From an uncultured Bacillota bacterium (lineage in GTDB: Bacteria; Bacillota; Clostridia; Christensenellales; Borkfalkiaceae), in assembly GCA_949291725.1 (NCBI GenBank), contig CASEWU010000153.1, positions 1 to 47,323 on the forward strand: a stretch of DNA of 47,323 nt. The letters run 5' to 3'. A program made the position numbers and the translations under genes. The notes beneath the pieces were generated by a model. That model was not told the origin of the DNA. It did no database searches and saw only the letters and a program-made list of their open reading frames with translations. Shown piece after piece: positions 1-10,772 of the stretch. Positions within the stretch are counted from its first letter, which is position 1. Each line of letters begins with the position of its first letter.

Positions 1-1
1 C

Positions 2-349
2 ACGATGCTCGCCTTTCCGCTGGTCATCATAGGCGTGCTTATCACATGGGTGGCTTCCGTTACCGAAATCGGAAACATCATCGTTTTTATAGGCGTTTGC
101 CTGTACGGGCTTTCCACCTTGTTCTCTCTCGTAACCCTTCCGGTTGAGCTCAATGCTTCCGCACGCGCCAAGCGTATGCTTGCCGAAACGGGCATCCTCG
201 TTACCAAAGAGGAACAAAAAGCAGCGTCCAAAGTGCTTTCCGCCGCAGCAATGACTTACTTTGCCGCACTTCTCACATCTCTGCTCCTGTTCCTTCGCTT
301 CCTGCTCTATGTCTTTATTCTTCTGGGCGGCAGGCGCAGAAACGACTGA
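2..349 (+). CDS. Putative neutral zinc metallopeptidase (YugP-like), 5'-partial
   Basis: C-terminal motifs LVTLPVELNASARA and VLSAAAMTY typical of the YugP/Zn_peptidase_2 family; frame open from the window edge. Confidence 0.85.
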   Translation, partial: TMLAFPLVIIGVLITWVASVTEIGNIIVFIGVCLYGLSTLFSLVTLPVELNASARAKRMLAETGILVTKEEQKAASKVLSAAAMTYFAALLTSLLLFLRFLLYVFILLGGRRRND

Positions 350-437
350 ATCTCCGTAATGTTCACGGTTTTTTAGTTTTACGCTTAAATTCATACCGAT
401 CTTATCAAAACTCAGCCGTTCAATAAAATCCGATTTA

Positions 438-474
438 CAAGCCCGCCTACACGTTCAACATGCAGGCGGGCTTG
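438..474 (+). terminator. Hairpin downstream of the peptidase gene
   Basis: CAAGCCCGCCT...AGGCGGGCTTG inverted repeat; no clear U-tract. Confidence 0.4.
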
Positions 475-684
475 CCATGTAGGTAAACCGACACAATTTT
501 AGCAGGTTTTACTCATCAGGCAGCGATCATCCCGTCGAAAATTTCGTTGACAGGAACTGTTGCCTCTTTTCAAAATTATTAAAAAACCTCGGCTATGTTT
601 TAAGAATCAATACTGAAAAAATAAAAATCAAATTTTCCGTTTTACGATTTGTTTGCTTACTGCGAGGATTTTTTGATTGCATTG

Positions 685-723
685 AAAAAAAGATAGCCTT
701 CACACGAACGTGTGAAGGCTATC
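685..723 (-). terminator. Rho-independent terminator of the cyclophilin-like gene
   Basis: 14-bp stem GATAGCCTTCACAC/GTGTGAAGGCTATC with an A7 run on its left (U-tract on minus). Confidence 0.85.
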
Positions 724-773
724 CTATTTATCGGAATTCTCCGTTTTTACAATTCAAGATTTTGGAAGCGTTC

Positions 774-1661
774 TCAATATTTGACGACGCTGATTTCCTT
801 GATGATGATCTTTTCGACAGGAACGTTATACGTTACATCGCAACGGCCGTCCGTTGCATACGTATCCATAAGTGTTACGTCTTTCTCTTTCGTAAACGTC
901 TCATTCTCTTCGAGCGCTTCCGTATAATCGCTGATCGCCGTGATCAGGTTATTGAGCGCCGTCGTAGATGCTTCGTTCGCGAGTTCGCCGAATACGCATA
1001 AATTTTTATCCGTCGTAGAAGACGAGCTGGTATAGATATAGAACATGCTCGTAACGCTGTTGTAGTAATATGCGTTGCTGCCTTCCGCACCGCTCTTTGT
1101 ACGGTTCCAGTACATAAGCCTCTGGCTGTCCGACTGAACATACGAATAGGTACCGAGCGCACCGAGTTTATTGGTCAAGCCCGATCCGTTTTCAATGATA
1201 TGTCCGCCGGCTTCCACTTCTCCGTACAGACGGTTCGTGGGCTTTGTATGCTCCGCATCTTCCCAAACGGACGTGGTGATCACTTTGACAGTCCCGTCAG
1301 AATTGAGGGTCGTTCCGTCATAATCGAGCGCTTTGAGGTCTTCCACCGCGTCGGACGTATCCATGCTCTCATACGTATAAGCACCGCCGACCATACGGTT
1401 GGACTGATAATCATGGATTACCGTGTTGTCAAAGAAGTTCGCATCGATCAAAGCCATATAATGGTCGACCGTCTGACGATAATAATCGCGGTAAAGCGTG
1501 TAATTGAGTGTGTATTCTTCTCCGTTAAAGGAAATGCGGACGGAGATTTCGGGGCGACGGGTACTGCACGCCGTAAACATAAACGCACATCCGCAAAGGA
1601 CTGCCGCCGAAACCGCAACGGCAAACAGCCGCACAAGTTTTCCGCCGATCGTTTTCAACAT
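774..1661 (-). CDS. Cyclophilin-like (peptidyl-prolyl isomerase fold) lipoprotein, divergent
   Basis: Signal peptide with lipobox FTAC; LYRDYYRQTVDHYMALIDANFFDNTVIHDY..MVGG, SMFYI and LCVFG align with cyclophilin motifs; GGAGG RBS. Confidence 0.7.
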   Translation of the reverse strand: MLKTIGGKLVRLFAVAVSAAVLCGCAFMFTACSTRRPEISVRISFNGEEYTLNYTLYRDYYRQTVDHYMALIDANFFDNTVIHDYQSNRMVGGAYTYESMDTSDAVEDLKALDYDGTTLNSDGTVKVITTSVWEDAEHTKPTNRLYGEVEAGGHIIENGSGLTNKLGALGTYSYVQSDSQRLMYWNRTKSGAEGSNAYYYNSVTSMFYIYTSSSSTTDKNLCVFGELANEASTTALNNLITAISDYTEALEENETFTKEKDVTLMDTYATDGRCDVTYNVPVEKIIIKEISVVKY

Positions 1662-2324
1662 ATTGCCTCCTGAAAATTAGCTTTTCCATGCGCAAAAATT
1701 GCGCTTTCCGCCACTTTGAATGGGTACTGTTTTATTTTACCTGTTATTTTGAAAATCGTCAAGTACTTTTACGCATTTATGCAAATTTCGCACAGAATTA
1801 TCCGAAGTTATCACATTTTTAGCGAATTATTATGGCGCATACCGCAGTACATGCACAAGTTTTTTTCCGCCGGAATCTTCCTTAAAAAAACAGAACCAAA
1901 ACCAGGCTTACCCGCTTTGCTCTTGTTGCACCGTACACTTTTGACCTGAGCCCGAAATTGCAGAAAATATTCCTCCTGCAATCAGTTTGTTGTCTCTCAA
2001 AAGGATTTGTACGCAAACACCCGATCAAATTTTTATTCCGCGTCAAAACAACACGGCGTACAATGTTACGAAAGTTTACAAAAGATAATGCCTAAAATAA
2101 TTCTGCGCATTGGTTCTGTATTTTATGCCATAGTGAACATAAGGAAAGATTCCGGTTCAAACCGCTGTCTCGGCACTGACCAATCTCAGAGACTGAGCCG
2201 ATCGTACTTTGGCTGCAGCTTTGCTTCTGCCCCTTCTGTAGGTCTGTTCGACCTTGATTTTCCCGCAGCTTTGACATCGATTGTCTTAGCCCGATACTTT
2301 TTTATAAGATAGAGTGCATTACAA

Positions 2325-2401
2325 CAAAAACGGCGCGGCTAAAGCCGCGCCAAATTTTTGAATTGTTTGCGACAAAAAACAGGAAGCGGATCCTGTTTTT
2401 T
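2325..2401 (-). terminator. Two tandem terminator hairpins ending the alpha operon
   Basis: GGCGCGGCT/AGCCGCGCC (2332-2351) and AAAAAACAGGA/TCCTGTTTTTT (2374-2401), both with A/T runs. Confidence 0.75.
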
Positions 2402-2423
2402 GCACGAAACGGCCAAAATCGGA

Positions 2424-2939
2424 TTACACCAATTCGATAATTGCCATTTCGGACGCATCGCCGCGGCGTTCGCCGAGGTTCACGATGCGCGTATAGCCGC
2501 CTGCGCAATTCTTTTCATCGTTGCGCTGTGCGTATTTGGGAGCGATCTCATTGAACAGTTTCTCGATGAGCGGATGTGCGACGTCCTTCGTGCGAGCCTT
2601 GTAAGCAGACTTGCTTTCGTTGAACGCTTTGATCTCCTGCAGATCGTAGAGTTTGCTCATGATCCTGCGGCGTGCCGCAAGTTTCTTCGGGCCGTCTTTC
2701 ACGACCGTAACCGTAACTTCGCGCTCTTTTTTGCCCGTTTTTTCGGTTACGACCTTGCTGCTTTCGATCGTATCGTCATACGAATTGATTGCCGCAGTAA
2801 TAATTTTTTCGACGTAAGACTGCAATTCTTTCGCGCGGGCTTTCGTCGTTTCTATTTTTCCGTACCAGAGAAGGTTGGATGCCTGGTTTCTCAAAATGGC
2901 AATTCTCTGTTCGCTCGTTCTGCCCAGTTTTCCCGGCAT
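2424..2939 (-). CDS. rplQ: 50S ribosomal protein L17 (long form)
   Basis: KLGRTSEQR, IETTKARAKE, GGYTRI..G.RRGDA motifs; follows rpoA. Confidence 0.97.
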   Translation of the reverse strand: MPGKLGRTSEQRIAILRNQASNLLWYGKIETTKARAKELQSYVEKIITAAINSYDDTIESSKVVTEKTGKKEREVTVTVVKDGPKKLAARRRIMSKLYDLQEIKAFNESKSAYKARTKDVAHPLIEKLFNEIAPKYAQRNDEKNCAGGYTRIVNLGERRGDASEMAIIELV

Positions 2940-2943
2940 AATG

Positions 2944-3900
2944 TTAGTCCTCCTTTTTTTCTAATGAAAGTCCGTAAGATTCCAGTTTCTGAATGACCTC
3001 ATCCAACGACTTTCTGCCGAGGTTGCGAACTTTGAGCATTTCTTCCTCGGTTTTCTTGGTTAAATCTTCGACGGTGTGGATGTTCGCGCGCTTCAAGCAG
3101 TTGTAGGAACGGACGGAAAGATCCATATCCTCGATCGCCATGGCGAGAACCTGCTGCTGTTTGTCGTCTTCGTTCTTTACGAGAATGTCCATTCCCTTGA
3201 TCGAATCGCTCAGGTTCACGAACAGGCCGATGTGATCCTGCATGATTTTCGCGGCGAGAGAGACGATCTCTTTCGCGGAAAATGCGCCGTTTGTCCAAAC
3301 TTCCATGACCAGTTTATCGTAGTCGATACTCTGCCCTACGCGCGTGCTTTCAACGTTGTAGTTGACCTTTTTGACAGGCGTGTAGATGGAATCGACGGGG
3401 ATATAACCGATCGGATGGTTTTTATTCGAACCCGCACCTTTGTAGCCCCTGCCGCGACCGACCGTGATTTCCATGTCGATCTTTGCGCCTTCGTCTACCG
3501 TGCAAATATACTGGTCTTTGTTGATGACCTCTACTTCCGCATCCTGTTCCAGGTCGGCGCCCGTGATCACCACGGGGCCTTCCTTGCAGATGTGAAGCGT
3601 TTTGACGTAATCTTTGTCTGTCGTCGCCGTCTGTATGGCAAGCGTCTTCAAGTTGAGGATGATTTCCGTAACATCCTCCTTGACGCCGGGAAGCGCAGAA
3701 AACTCATGCTTCACCAGCCCGTCCGGATAGAACCGGATCCCTTGCACCGCAGCACCGGGAAGCGCCGAAAGAAGTATCCTTCTCAGACAGTTTCCTATTG
3801 TAAGACCGAAACCCTTTTCGAGAGGCTCGACAACGATCTTCGCGTAGCTTTTCGCTTCGTTCTCTTCCACCTCGATTTTGGGCATATCCATTTCGATCAT
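2944..3900 (-). CDS. rpoA: RNA polymerase alpha subunit
   Basis: EPLEKGFGLTIGN.LRRILLS, LSVRSYNCLKRA, RNLGRKS. Confidence 0.99.
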   Translation of the reverse strand: MIEMDMPKIEVEENEAKSYAKIVVEPLEKGFGLTIGNCLRRILLSALPGAAVQGIRFYPDGLVKHEFSALPGVKEDVTEIILNLKTLAIQTATTDKDYVKTLHICKEGPVVITGADLEQDAEVEVINKDQYICTVDEGAKIDMEITVGRGRGYKGAGSNKNHPIGYIPVDSIYTPVKKVNYNVESTRVGQSIDYDKLVMEVWTNGAFSAKEIVSLAAKIMQDHIGLFVNLSDSIKGMDILVKNEDDKQQQVLAMAIEDMDLSVRSYNCLKRANIHTVEDLTKKTEEEMLKVRNLGRKSLDEVIQKLESYGLSLEKKED

Positions 3901-3932
3901 GCGTTATTACCTCCTTGCTTCGGCGTTACTTA

Positions 3933-4556
3933 TTACTTGGAGTACAGCTCGACGATCATATGCTCTGCAATCTGACTGTCGATGTCTTCCCTTGCAGGCA
4001 AAGCGATTACCTTTCCTTCGAGTTTTTCGGGATCGAATTCCAGCCATTTGGGCATGTTGCCGACCTTAGCGGATTTGATCTCCTCAAAATATTTATCTTT
4101 CTTTCTGGTTTCTTTGACGGCAATGACGTCGCCAGCCTTCACGATGTAGGAAGGGATGTTGACCGTTCTGCCGTTGACAGTGAAATGTGCATGGTTGACA
4201 AGCTGTCTTGCCTGTGCGCGGGAACCGCCGAGTCCCATACGGAACACAACGTTATCCAGACGGCGCTCGAGCAGGGAGAGCATGTTCGCACCGGTGATGC
4301 CCTTCATGCGGTCAGCCATTTCATAATATTTACGGAACTGGCCTTCCTGTACGCCGTAAATTCTCTTTGTCTTCTGTTTTTCACGAAGCTGCAAGCCGTA
4401 CTCGGAAACTTTTTTTCTTGCCGCACCGTGTGCACCCGGAGCCACAGGGCGTTTTTCGAACGCGCATTTGCCCGAATAGCATCTGTCGCCCTTCAAAAAG
4501 AGTTTAGCACCCTCTCTGCGGCAAAGACGGCATTTGGAATCTCTGTATGTTGCCAT
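3933..4556 (-). CDS. rpsD: 30S ribosomal protein S4 (Zn-binding Cys form)
   Basis: [36 protein letters not shown]. Confidence 0.99.
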   Translation of the reverse strand: MATYRDSKCRLCRREGAKLFLKGDRCYSGKCAFEKRPVAPGAHGAARKKVSEYGLQLREKQKTKRIYGVQEGQFRKYYEMADRMKGITGANMLSLLERRLDNVVFRMGLGGSRAQARQLVNHAHFTVNGRTVNIPSYIVKAGDVIAVKETRKKDKYFEEIKSAKVGNMPKWLEFDPEKLEGKVIALPAREDIDSQIAEHMIVELYSK

Positions 4557-4574
4557 TTCTTTCTCTCCTTATAC

Positions 4575-4976
4575 TTATACTCTGCGGCGTTTCGGGGGCC
4601 TGCAACCGTTGTGCGGAATAGGCGAAACGTCGGTGATCATCGTAATTTCCAGTTCAGCCGCTGCCAGAGCGCGGATCGCCGCTTCTCTGCCTGCGCCGGG
4701 GCCTTTCACATAAACTTCGACGGAACGAAGCCCGTGTTCTTTCGCGATTTTTGCCGCGGTATCCGCTGCAGACTGCGCTGCGAACGGCGTGCCCTTTCTC
4801 GAACCTTTGAAGCCGAGACTGCCTGCGCTCGACCACGAAATCGCGTTGCCGTTCATATCCGTAATGGTTACGAGCGTATTGTTGAACGAGGACTGGATAT
4901 GTGCCTGGCCCTTGTCAACTTTTTTCAGCTCTTTGCGACGGCGGACTTGCGCCGTCTTTTTCGTTGCTGCTGCCAT
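4575..4976 (-). CDS. rpsK: 30S ribosomal protein S11
   Basis: [35 protein letters not shown]. Confidence 0.99.
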   Translation of the reverse strand: MAAATKKTAQVRRRKELKKVDKGQAHIQSSFNNTLVTITDMNGNAISWSSAGSLGFKGSRKGTPFAAQSAADTAAKIAKEHGLRSVEVYVKGPGAGREAAIRALAAAELEITMITDVSPIPHNGCRPPKRRRV

Positions 4977-4995
4977 TGTTTCTTATCCTCCTCGA

Positions 4996-5364
4996 TTATT
5001 TCTTCTTCTTCGCTACCGTGCGGCGCGGACCTTTACGCGTACGCGCGTTGCGTTTGCTGCTCTGTCCGCGGACAGGCAAGCCCTTTCTGTGACGGATGCC
5101 GCGATAGCAGCCGATCTCCATAAGGCGCTTGATATTCAGGTTCACTTCGCCGCGGAGTTCGCCCTCCACGCGCAAATTGTGATCGATATATTCTCTGAGT
5201 TTGGAAACGTCGTTTTCGTCCAGATCTTTGACTCTCGTGTCGGGATTGATGCCCGTCGCCGCAAGAATTTTCTTGGACGTGGTGAGCCCTATACCGTAGA
5301 TATAGGTAAGCCCGATTTCCACCCGTTTTTCTCTGGGTAAATCTACACCGGCAATGCGTGCCAT
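4996..5364 (-). CDS. rpsM: 30S ribosomal protein S13
   Basis: Start trimmed to [14 protein letters not shown] after GGAGG; [15 protein letters not shown]. Confidence 0.99.
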   Translation of the reverse strand: MARIAGVDLPREKRVEIGLTYIYGIGLTTSKKILAATGINPDTRVKDLDENDVSKLREYIDHNLRVEGELRGEVNLNIKRLMEIGCYRGIRHRKGLPVRGQSSKRNARTRKGPRRTVAKKKK

Positions 5365-5490
5365 TGTCCTTTTGACCTCCGTTTGGATTTTTAAATAATG
5401 ATTGTTATCTATATGCCGATCGTGCGCGCGCAGACGCAAAAAATTGGAATGACGCGGCTGCTTCTCGCGCATGAGATTATTTTCGCTTTA

Positions 5491-5607
5491 TCAGCCCTGT
5501 CTCTGTTTATGGCTCTTGTTCTTGGAGCAGATGACCATGACCTTGCCGTTTCTTTTGATGACTTTGCATTTGTCGCACATCGGTTTTACTGACGGTCTTA
5601 CTTTCAT
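5491..5607 (-). CDS. rpmJ: 50S ribosomal protein L36 (38 aa, not in the ORF track)
   Basis: Manual translation [38 protein letters not shown]; GGAGG RBS. Confidence 0.97.
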   Translation of the reverse strand: MKVRPSVKPMCDKCKVIKRNGKVMVICSKNKSHKQRQG

Positions 5608-5704
5608 TTTTTTATTCCTCCGAAAAAATTCTTTCGCTCGTATTCCGCGCTGCGGAATGTCTGTTTACTGTGATCGTACGGGACACAGTCCCCTGCCTTG
5701 GCAA

Positions 5705-5926
5705 TCAGTTCTTGCTGCGCCAGGTGATCCTGCCCTTCGTGAGATCGTACGGGCTCATTTCCAGTTTGACCATATCTCCCGGAATGATCCGGATATAATT
5801 CATACGAAGTTTTCCGGAAATGTATGCCGTGATCACATGACCGTTGGAAAGCTGCACTTTGAACGTTGCGTTCGGCAACGCCTCGATGATTTTGCCTTCG
5901 GTCTCTATAACGTCGTCTTTGGACAC
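5705..5926 (-). CDS. infA: Translation initiation factor IF-1
   Basis: [32 protein letters not shown]; GTG start. Confidence 0.99.
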   Translation of the reverse strand: MSKDDVIETEGKIIEALPNATFKVQLSNGHVITAYISGKLRMNYIRIIPGDMVKLEMSPYDLTKGRITWRSKN

Positions 5927-5969
5927 AAAAACTCCCTCCGAAAATTGTTTGAACCGCTTTTGCGGTCAT

Positions 5970-6251
5970 TTATCCGTTCTGCCGCTCCTGCGCAATCTTT
6001 TTGAGCAATGCGCGGATGTTGCTGTTCTCGTCCTTGCCCTCGGCGATCCGCTCCGCCATTTCGCGGTCGAATACCGGCATGAGCCGGACGTGCCTGCGGT
6101 TTTTCTGCTTCGGATTTTCCGAAGTCCTGTACTTGCCGTCGGCAAGATACAGATTTGTGCCGTCCTGCCGCACGATCAGATACAGCCTGCCTTTATCTCT
6201 TCCGGCAACGCTCATGCAAACGCCGCCATTTTCCGGTTCCTGTACTTTCAT
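5970..6251 (-). CDS. KOW-domain (L14e-like) RNA-binding protein
   Basis: SVAGRDKG, LADGKYR...PKQKNRRH; conserved position between map and infA. Confidence 0.9.
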   Translation of the reverse strand: MKVQEPENGGVCMSVAGRDKGRLYLIVRQDGTNLYLADGKYRTSENPKQKNRRHVRLMPVFDREMAERIAEGKDENSNIRALLKKIAQERQNG

Positions 6252-6256
6252 GTCTG

Positions 6257-7003
6257 TTAAATCGTAAGGATCTCGACGCCGTCTTCGCGGATGACAACCG
6301 TGTTCTCGTAATGCGCCGCCGGTTTCTTATCGCGCGTAACAGCCGTCCAGCCATCGTCCAGCACATCCACGAACCTCGATCCCGCCAGGATCATCGGCTC
6401 GATGCAGAGTACCGTACCGGCACGCAGCCGCACGCCTGTTCCCCGTTTGCCGTAATTCGGCACCGACGGGTCTTCATGCATTTCTCTGCCGATCCCGTGC
6501 CCCACGAACTCGCGGACTACCGAAAAACCGTTGGATTCCGCATAGTTTTGAACGATTGCACCGATGTCGAACAGGGGCGTACCCGCCCGCAGGTTCTCCA
6601 CCGCTTTCCAGAAACATTCCTCCGTAACACGGATGAGTTTCTGTTTCTCTTCGTCGATCGCGCCGACCGCAAACGTCCGCGCGCCGTCGCCGTGAAATCC
6701 GTTCTTATACGCACAAAGATCCACGCTGATGATGTCGCCCTCTTTCAGAAATCTGTCCGGCGACGGGATACCGTGCACCACTTCTTCGTTGACCGATGCG
6801 CAGATGCTCGCCGGATATCCGCAATACCCGAGACAGGAAGGCTCCGCACCGCGCGAACGAATGTATTCGCGCGCCAGATCGTCCAGTTCCTGCGTCGTTA
6901 CCCCCGCCCGTATCTTTGTTCCGATATAGGCAAGTGTATCGCGCACGATCGCGCAGGGCTCACGCATGGCGTCGATCTCTTTTTCCGTTTTGACTGTGAT
7001 CAT
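6257..7003 (-). CDS. map: Methionine aminopeptidase type I
   Basis: SVNEEVVHGIP, GFHGDGART, GHGIG..MHEDP, CIEPM, AHYENT. Confidence 0.98.
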   Translation of the reverse strand: MITVKTEKEIDAMREPCAIVRDTLAYIGTKIRAGVTTQELDDLAREYIRSRGAEPSCLGYCGYPASICASVNEEVVHGIPSPDRFLKEGDIISVDLCAYKNGFHGDGARTFAVGAIDEEKQKLIRVTEECFWKAVENLRAGTPLFDIGAIVQNYAESNGFSVVREFVGHGIGREMHEDPSVPNYGKRGTGVRLRAGTVLCIEPMILAGSRFVDVLDDGWTAVTRDKKPAAHYENTVVIREDGVEILTI

Positions 7004-7015
7004 GACCCCAAACGC

Positions 7016-7639
7016 TTACTTTTTCAAAGCGTCGCAAATTCTTCCGAACACTTCGTCGATGGCGCCTACGCCGTCGATGTTGATCAGCACGCCCTTTTTC
7101 GCATAATAGTCGATCAGAGGAGCTGTCTGTTCGTTGTACACTTTCAGACGGTTGCCCACCGTCTCTTCGTTGTCGTCCTTTCTCTGGTACAGCTCACCGC
7201 CGCAGCGCTCGCAGTCGGTCTTACCGTCCAGAAAATTCACGTGATAGCTTTCGCCACAACTTTTGCAGACGCGCCGTCCGCAAAGACGGTCCATCAGAAG
7301 CGATAAATCGATGTCGATGTTGATCACCGCGTCGACTTTGGAAAATTTGTCCAGCTCCTGCGCCTGGAAAAGATTGCGGGGAAACCCGTCGAGAAGATAT
7401 CCGTTCGCGCAATCCGCTTCTTTCAGCCTGCCCTCCACGATCTTGCACGTTACTTCGTCCGGTACCAACTGACCCTTGTCCGTATAGGATTTCGCCAGAA
7501 GTCCGATCTCGGTGCCGCGTTTGATGTTGTCGCGGAAAATGTCGCCCGTCGAAATATGCGGAAGGTGAAACTTTTCGGAAATACGTGTCGCCTGCGTTCC
7601 TTTGCCTGCTCCCGGTGCGCCAAGAAGTAGAATGTTCAT
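7016..7639 (-). CDS. adk: Adenylate kinase (Zn-lid type)
   Basis: GAPGAGKGTQA P-loop, HISTGDIFR, LLDGFPR, CxxC...CxxC lid; start trimmed to MNILLL. Confidence 0.98.
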   Translation of the reverse strand: MNILLLGAPGAGKGTQATRISEKFHLPHISTGDIFRDNIKRGTEIGLLAKSYTDKGQLVPDEVTCKIVEGRLKEADCANGYLLDGFPRNLFQAQELDKFSKVDAVINIDIDLSLLMDRLCGRRVCKSCGESYHVNFLDGKTDCERCGGELYQRKDDNEETVGNRLKVYNEQTAPLIDYYAKKGVLINIDGVGAIDEVFGRICDALKK

Positions 7640-7823
7640 GGAAACCTCTCTCATTTTTTATTTACTTTGCCGCGCGCCGCAAAGCGCGCGGCAAAATGCG
7701 TTTTTGTTTTCGTTTCCGGGCAGCGTCCCTGCCGTTTTCGGTCAAAGCCCGATGCTTGTTTCCGGAAAACTTCTTTATTCCCGGCCGCGAACCTGCCTCT
7801 TTCGGTCAGATGCCGCGCCTTTC

Positions 7824-9146
7824 TTATTTCAGGAATCCTTTGTAGTTTTTCATCATCAACTGCGACTGCAGCTGCTTATCAAACTCGAGCGCAACGGATA
7901 CGACGATCAAAATACCGGTCGTCGAGAACACGTTGACGAACTGTTCGCCCGCAAAACTGAACGCCAGCGAAGGTACGAACGCGACCAACGAAAGGAAGAT
8001 CGCCCCGAACAGCGTAATACGGTTGGAGATCTTATTCAGATAATCCGCCGTCGGTTTGCCCGGACGGATGCCCGGAATAAACCCGCCGTTCTGCTGAATG
8101 CTCTTGGATACGTCTTCGGGATTGAACTGGATCTTTGCATAGAAGAACGAGAACGCAAAGATCAACAGGCACAATACGATGATGTAGACCCATGCCCACG
8201 GTCCCGTACCGCCGCTGATGTTCTGCGCATACCAGCTGTTGGAATAACCGCTCCAGAACAGGCCCATGATCAGATCGGGCAGGCTGATGATCGCAAACGC
8301 GAAGATCAGAGGCATAACGCCGCTGCCGGAAATCTTGATGGGGATAACGGTGGACTGTCCGCCGTACATCTTTCTGCCCTTGACCTGTTTCGCGTACTGC
8401 ACCGGAATGCGGCGTTCCGCAAGGTCGACCGCTACGATGAGAGCAAAGATCACAATGGCGATGACACAGAAGATCACGATGGAAACAAGCGTTCCCGCAT
8501 CGAAACCGTTTGCCACCATTTCTTCGATCGGCTGAACGATGATCGTAATGCCTGCAGTTGAAATGATACCGACAAAGATGACGAGCGAAATGCCGTTGCC
8601 GACACCGTATTCGGTGATGCGTTCGCCCAACCACATGGTGAGCATTGCGCCTGCGGAGTAAATGATGGTCATGTAGATGTACACGATCCATTTGTTGCCT
8701 TCGCCGCCGAACAGGGCTACGATCTGACTGCTGATCGCACTGTCATTCGCAAAATTGATGATAACGCCGATCGCCTGCACGATGGCAAGGATAAGCGTGA
8801 GATATCGGGTGAGCTGCGCGATTTTCTTCTTGCCCTCTTCCCCCTCTTTGGAAAGCCGTTCGAGCGCAGGAATACCGACGCTGAGCAGCTGGATGATAAT
8901 GGACGCGTTGATGTACGGCCCGATACCGAGCGCGAACAGCGTGCCGCTTGCCAGCGCGCCGCCCGTGACGGCGTTCATAAGAGTCAGGAAGTTGTTTCCG
9001 CTGATCACGGTTTCAAACTGTGCGCTGTCCAGTCCCGGGATGGGAATATAGCATCCGAGACGGTAAACAAGCAACAGAAGAAGGGTGATGAAGATCTTCT
9101 TCCGGATCTCTTTGACTTTAAATGCGTTCTTTAAAGTTTCGAACAT
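7824..9146 (-). CDS. secY: Preprotein translocase subunit SecY
   Basis: ALGIGPYINASIIIQLL, GVGNGIS, GVMPLIFA, IPGIRPG; multiple TM helices. Confidence 0.99.
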   Translation of the reverse strand: MFETLKNAFKVKEIRKKIFITLLLLLVYRLGCYIPIPGLDSAQFETVISGNNFLTLMNAVTGGALASGTLFALGIGPYINASIIIQLLSVGIPALERLSKEGEEGKKKIAQLTRYLTLILAIVQAIGVIINFANDSAISSQIVALFGGEGNKWIVYIYMTIIYSAGAMLTMWLGERITEYGVGNGISLVIFVGIISTAGITIIVQPIEEMVANGFDAGTLVSIVIFCVIAIVIFALIVAVDLAERRIPVQYAKQVKGRKMYGGQSTVIPIKISGSGVMPLIFAFAIISLPDLIMGLFWSGYSNSWYAQNISGGTGPWAWVYIIVLCLLIFAFSFFYAKIQFNPEDVSKSIQQNGGFIPGIRPGKPTADYLNKISNRITLFGAIFLSLVAFVPSLAFSFAGEQFVNVFSTTGILIVVSVALEFDKQLQSQLMMKNYKGFLK

Positions 9147-9202
9147 CTTGCTCTCCTAAAAATAAAGTAACGCTCCGCGCAAGCCCCCGACGGGCGCGGA
9201 AC

Positions 9203-9649
9203 TTAGAGGGTTTCCGCCGTACCGCCGGCCTTTTCGATCGCTTCTTTCGCGGAAGCGGAGAACTTCGCAGCTTTCACGGTCAGCGCGTTCGTGAGTTCGC
9301 CGCTGCCCAGAACTTTCAGGCCGCTGTTGTCCTTGACCTGCTTGGCGAGCTTGTTCGCCATGACGTATTCGTAATCTACGACCGTGCCTGCCGCTACATT
9401 CGCGAGCGCGGAAAGATTTACGATGACATATTCTTTACGGAATTTGTTGTTGAAACCGCGTTTGGGAAGTCTTCTGTGGATCGGGGTCTGACCGCCTTCA
9501 AATCCGGGACGTACACCGCCGCCCGAACGTGCCCACTGGCCTTTATGTCCTTTGCCGCTCGTCTTGCCCAAGCCCGAGCCGATACCCCTGCCAAGACGCT
9601 TGGCGGGAGTGTTCGAGCCGATTGCGGGTTGTATCGTATCAATTCTCAT
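9203..9649 (-). CDS. rplO: 50S ribosomal protein L15
   Basis: [26 protein letters not shown]. Confidence 0.99.
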   Translation of the reverse strand: MRIDTIQPAIGSNTPAKRLGRGIGSGLGKTSGKGHKGQWARSGGGVRPGFEGGQTPIHRRLPKRGFNNKFRKEYVIVNLSALANVAAGTVVDYEYVMANKLAKQVKDNSGLKVLGSGELTNALTVKAAKFSASAKEAIEKAGGTAETL

Positions 9650-9661
9650 AGTTACAACTCC

Positions 9662-9841
9662 TTACAGCGTCTCAACCTTCACGAGGTGAGCCACTTTTTT
9701 GATCTGTCCCTGCAAAGCGGGAGTATCTTCATGAACACGGAAGGAACGGATCTTTTTCAGTCCCAAAGCCGCAACCGTGTCTTTCTGCGTCTGTGTGCTG
9801 CCGATGGTGCTCTTGACCAATGTTACTTTTACCTGTGCCAT
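9662..9841 (-). CDS. rpmD: 50S ribosomal protein L30
   Basis: MAQVKVTLVKSTIG...ALGLKKI...KVAHLVKVE; start trimmed to the RBS-preceded ATG. Confidence 0.97.
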   Translation of the reverse strand: MAQVKVTLVKSTIGSTQTQKDTVAALGLKKIRSFRVHEDTPALQGQIKKVAHLVKVETL

Positions 9842-9854
9842 TGTAAGCTCCTCC

Positions 9855-10376
9855 TCAGCCCAAAATTTCTTCCACGGTCTTGCCGCGGAGTGCCGCAACC
9901 TGTTCCGCCGTCTTCAGCTCGGAAAGCCCTGCGATCGTCGCTTTTACGCAGTTGATCGGGTTGCTCGTGCCGTGCGATTTCGTACGGATATCCTTGATAC
10001 CTGCGCATTCCATGATCGCGCGGACAGGGCCGCCCGCGATAACGCCGGTACCTGCGGATGCAGGGAGCATATATACATGGCCTCTGCCGAACTTTCCGTC
10101 CACTTCGTGGGGGATGCTCGTGCCGACCATCGGCACCGTTACCAGGTTTCTCTTCGCCTGTGCGGTAGCCTTTTCGATCGCTTCGGGAACTTCGTTTGCT
10201 TTACCCGATCCTGCGCCGACCCTGCCTTTGCCGTCGCCGACGACTACAAGCGCTGCAAAGCGCATGTTGCGGCCGCCTTTGACAACCTTCGTAACACGGT
10301 TGACCTGGATCAGCTTTTTGATGAACCCGTCGTTCTCTTCCTGTCTTCTTTGAGGTTTTCTTTCTTCTCTTGCCAT
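9855..10376 (-). CDS. rpsE: 30S ribosomal protein S5
   Basis: [19 protein letters not shown]. Confidence 0.99.
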   Translation of the reverse strand: MAREERKPQRRQEENDGFIKKLIQVNRVTKVVKGGRNMRFAALVVVGDGKGRVGAGSGKANEVPEAIEKATAQAKRNLVTVPMVGTSIPHEVDGKFGRGHVYMLPASAGTGVIAGGPVRAIMECAGIKDIRTKSHGTSNPINCVKATIAGLSELKTAEQVAALRGKTVEEILG

Positions 10377-10390
10377 GGAACTCTCCTCCC

Positions 10391-10759
10391 TCAGAACTTC
10401 AATCCGGCTTCTCTTGCGCCGTCGGCAACACTCTTTACACGGCCCGTGTAAATGTAACCGCCGCGGTCAAAAACGACCGTTTCGATACCCGCCGCAAGCG
10501 CCTTTTTGGCAGCTTCCGCGCCTACGACTTTGGCTGCTTCCGTCTTGGTCAGATCTTTGATCTGTTCCTTGACCGATTTTTCCATCGTGGATGCGGATAC
10601 GAGAGTTACGCCCTTTACGTCATCGATGATCTGAACGTAAATGTGATTGAGACTCCTGTAAACGTTGAATCTGGGCGTTTCGGCAGTGCCGGAAATCTTT
10701 TTGCGGACGCGTGCATGACGCACGACTCTGTCCGCGTTTTTATCAAATTTAGAAATCAT
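10391..10759 (-). CDS. rplR: 50S ribosomal protein L18
   Basis: [33 protein letters not shown]. Confidence 0.99.
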   Translation of the reverse strand: MISKFDKNADRVVRHARVRKKISGTAETPRFNVYRSLNHIYVQIIDDVKGVTLVSASTMEKSVKEQIKDLTKTEAAKVVGAEAAKKALAAGIETVVFDRGGYIYTGRVKSVADGAREAGLKF

Positions 10760-10772
10760 GGTTTACGCTCCT

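Noticed and set aside
1716-2312. Short ORFs in the cyclophilin-rplQ intergenic region
   Set aside because: No RBS, protein-like composition or family motif
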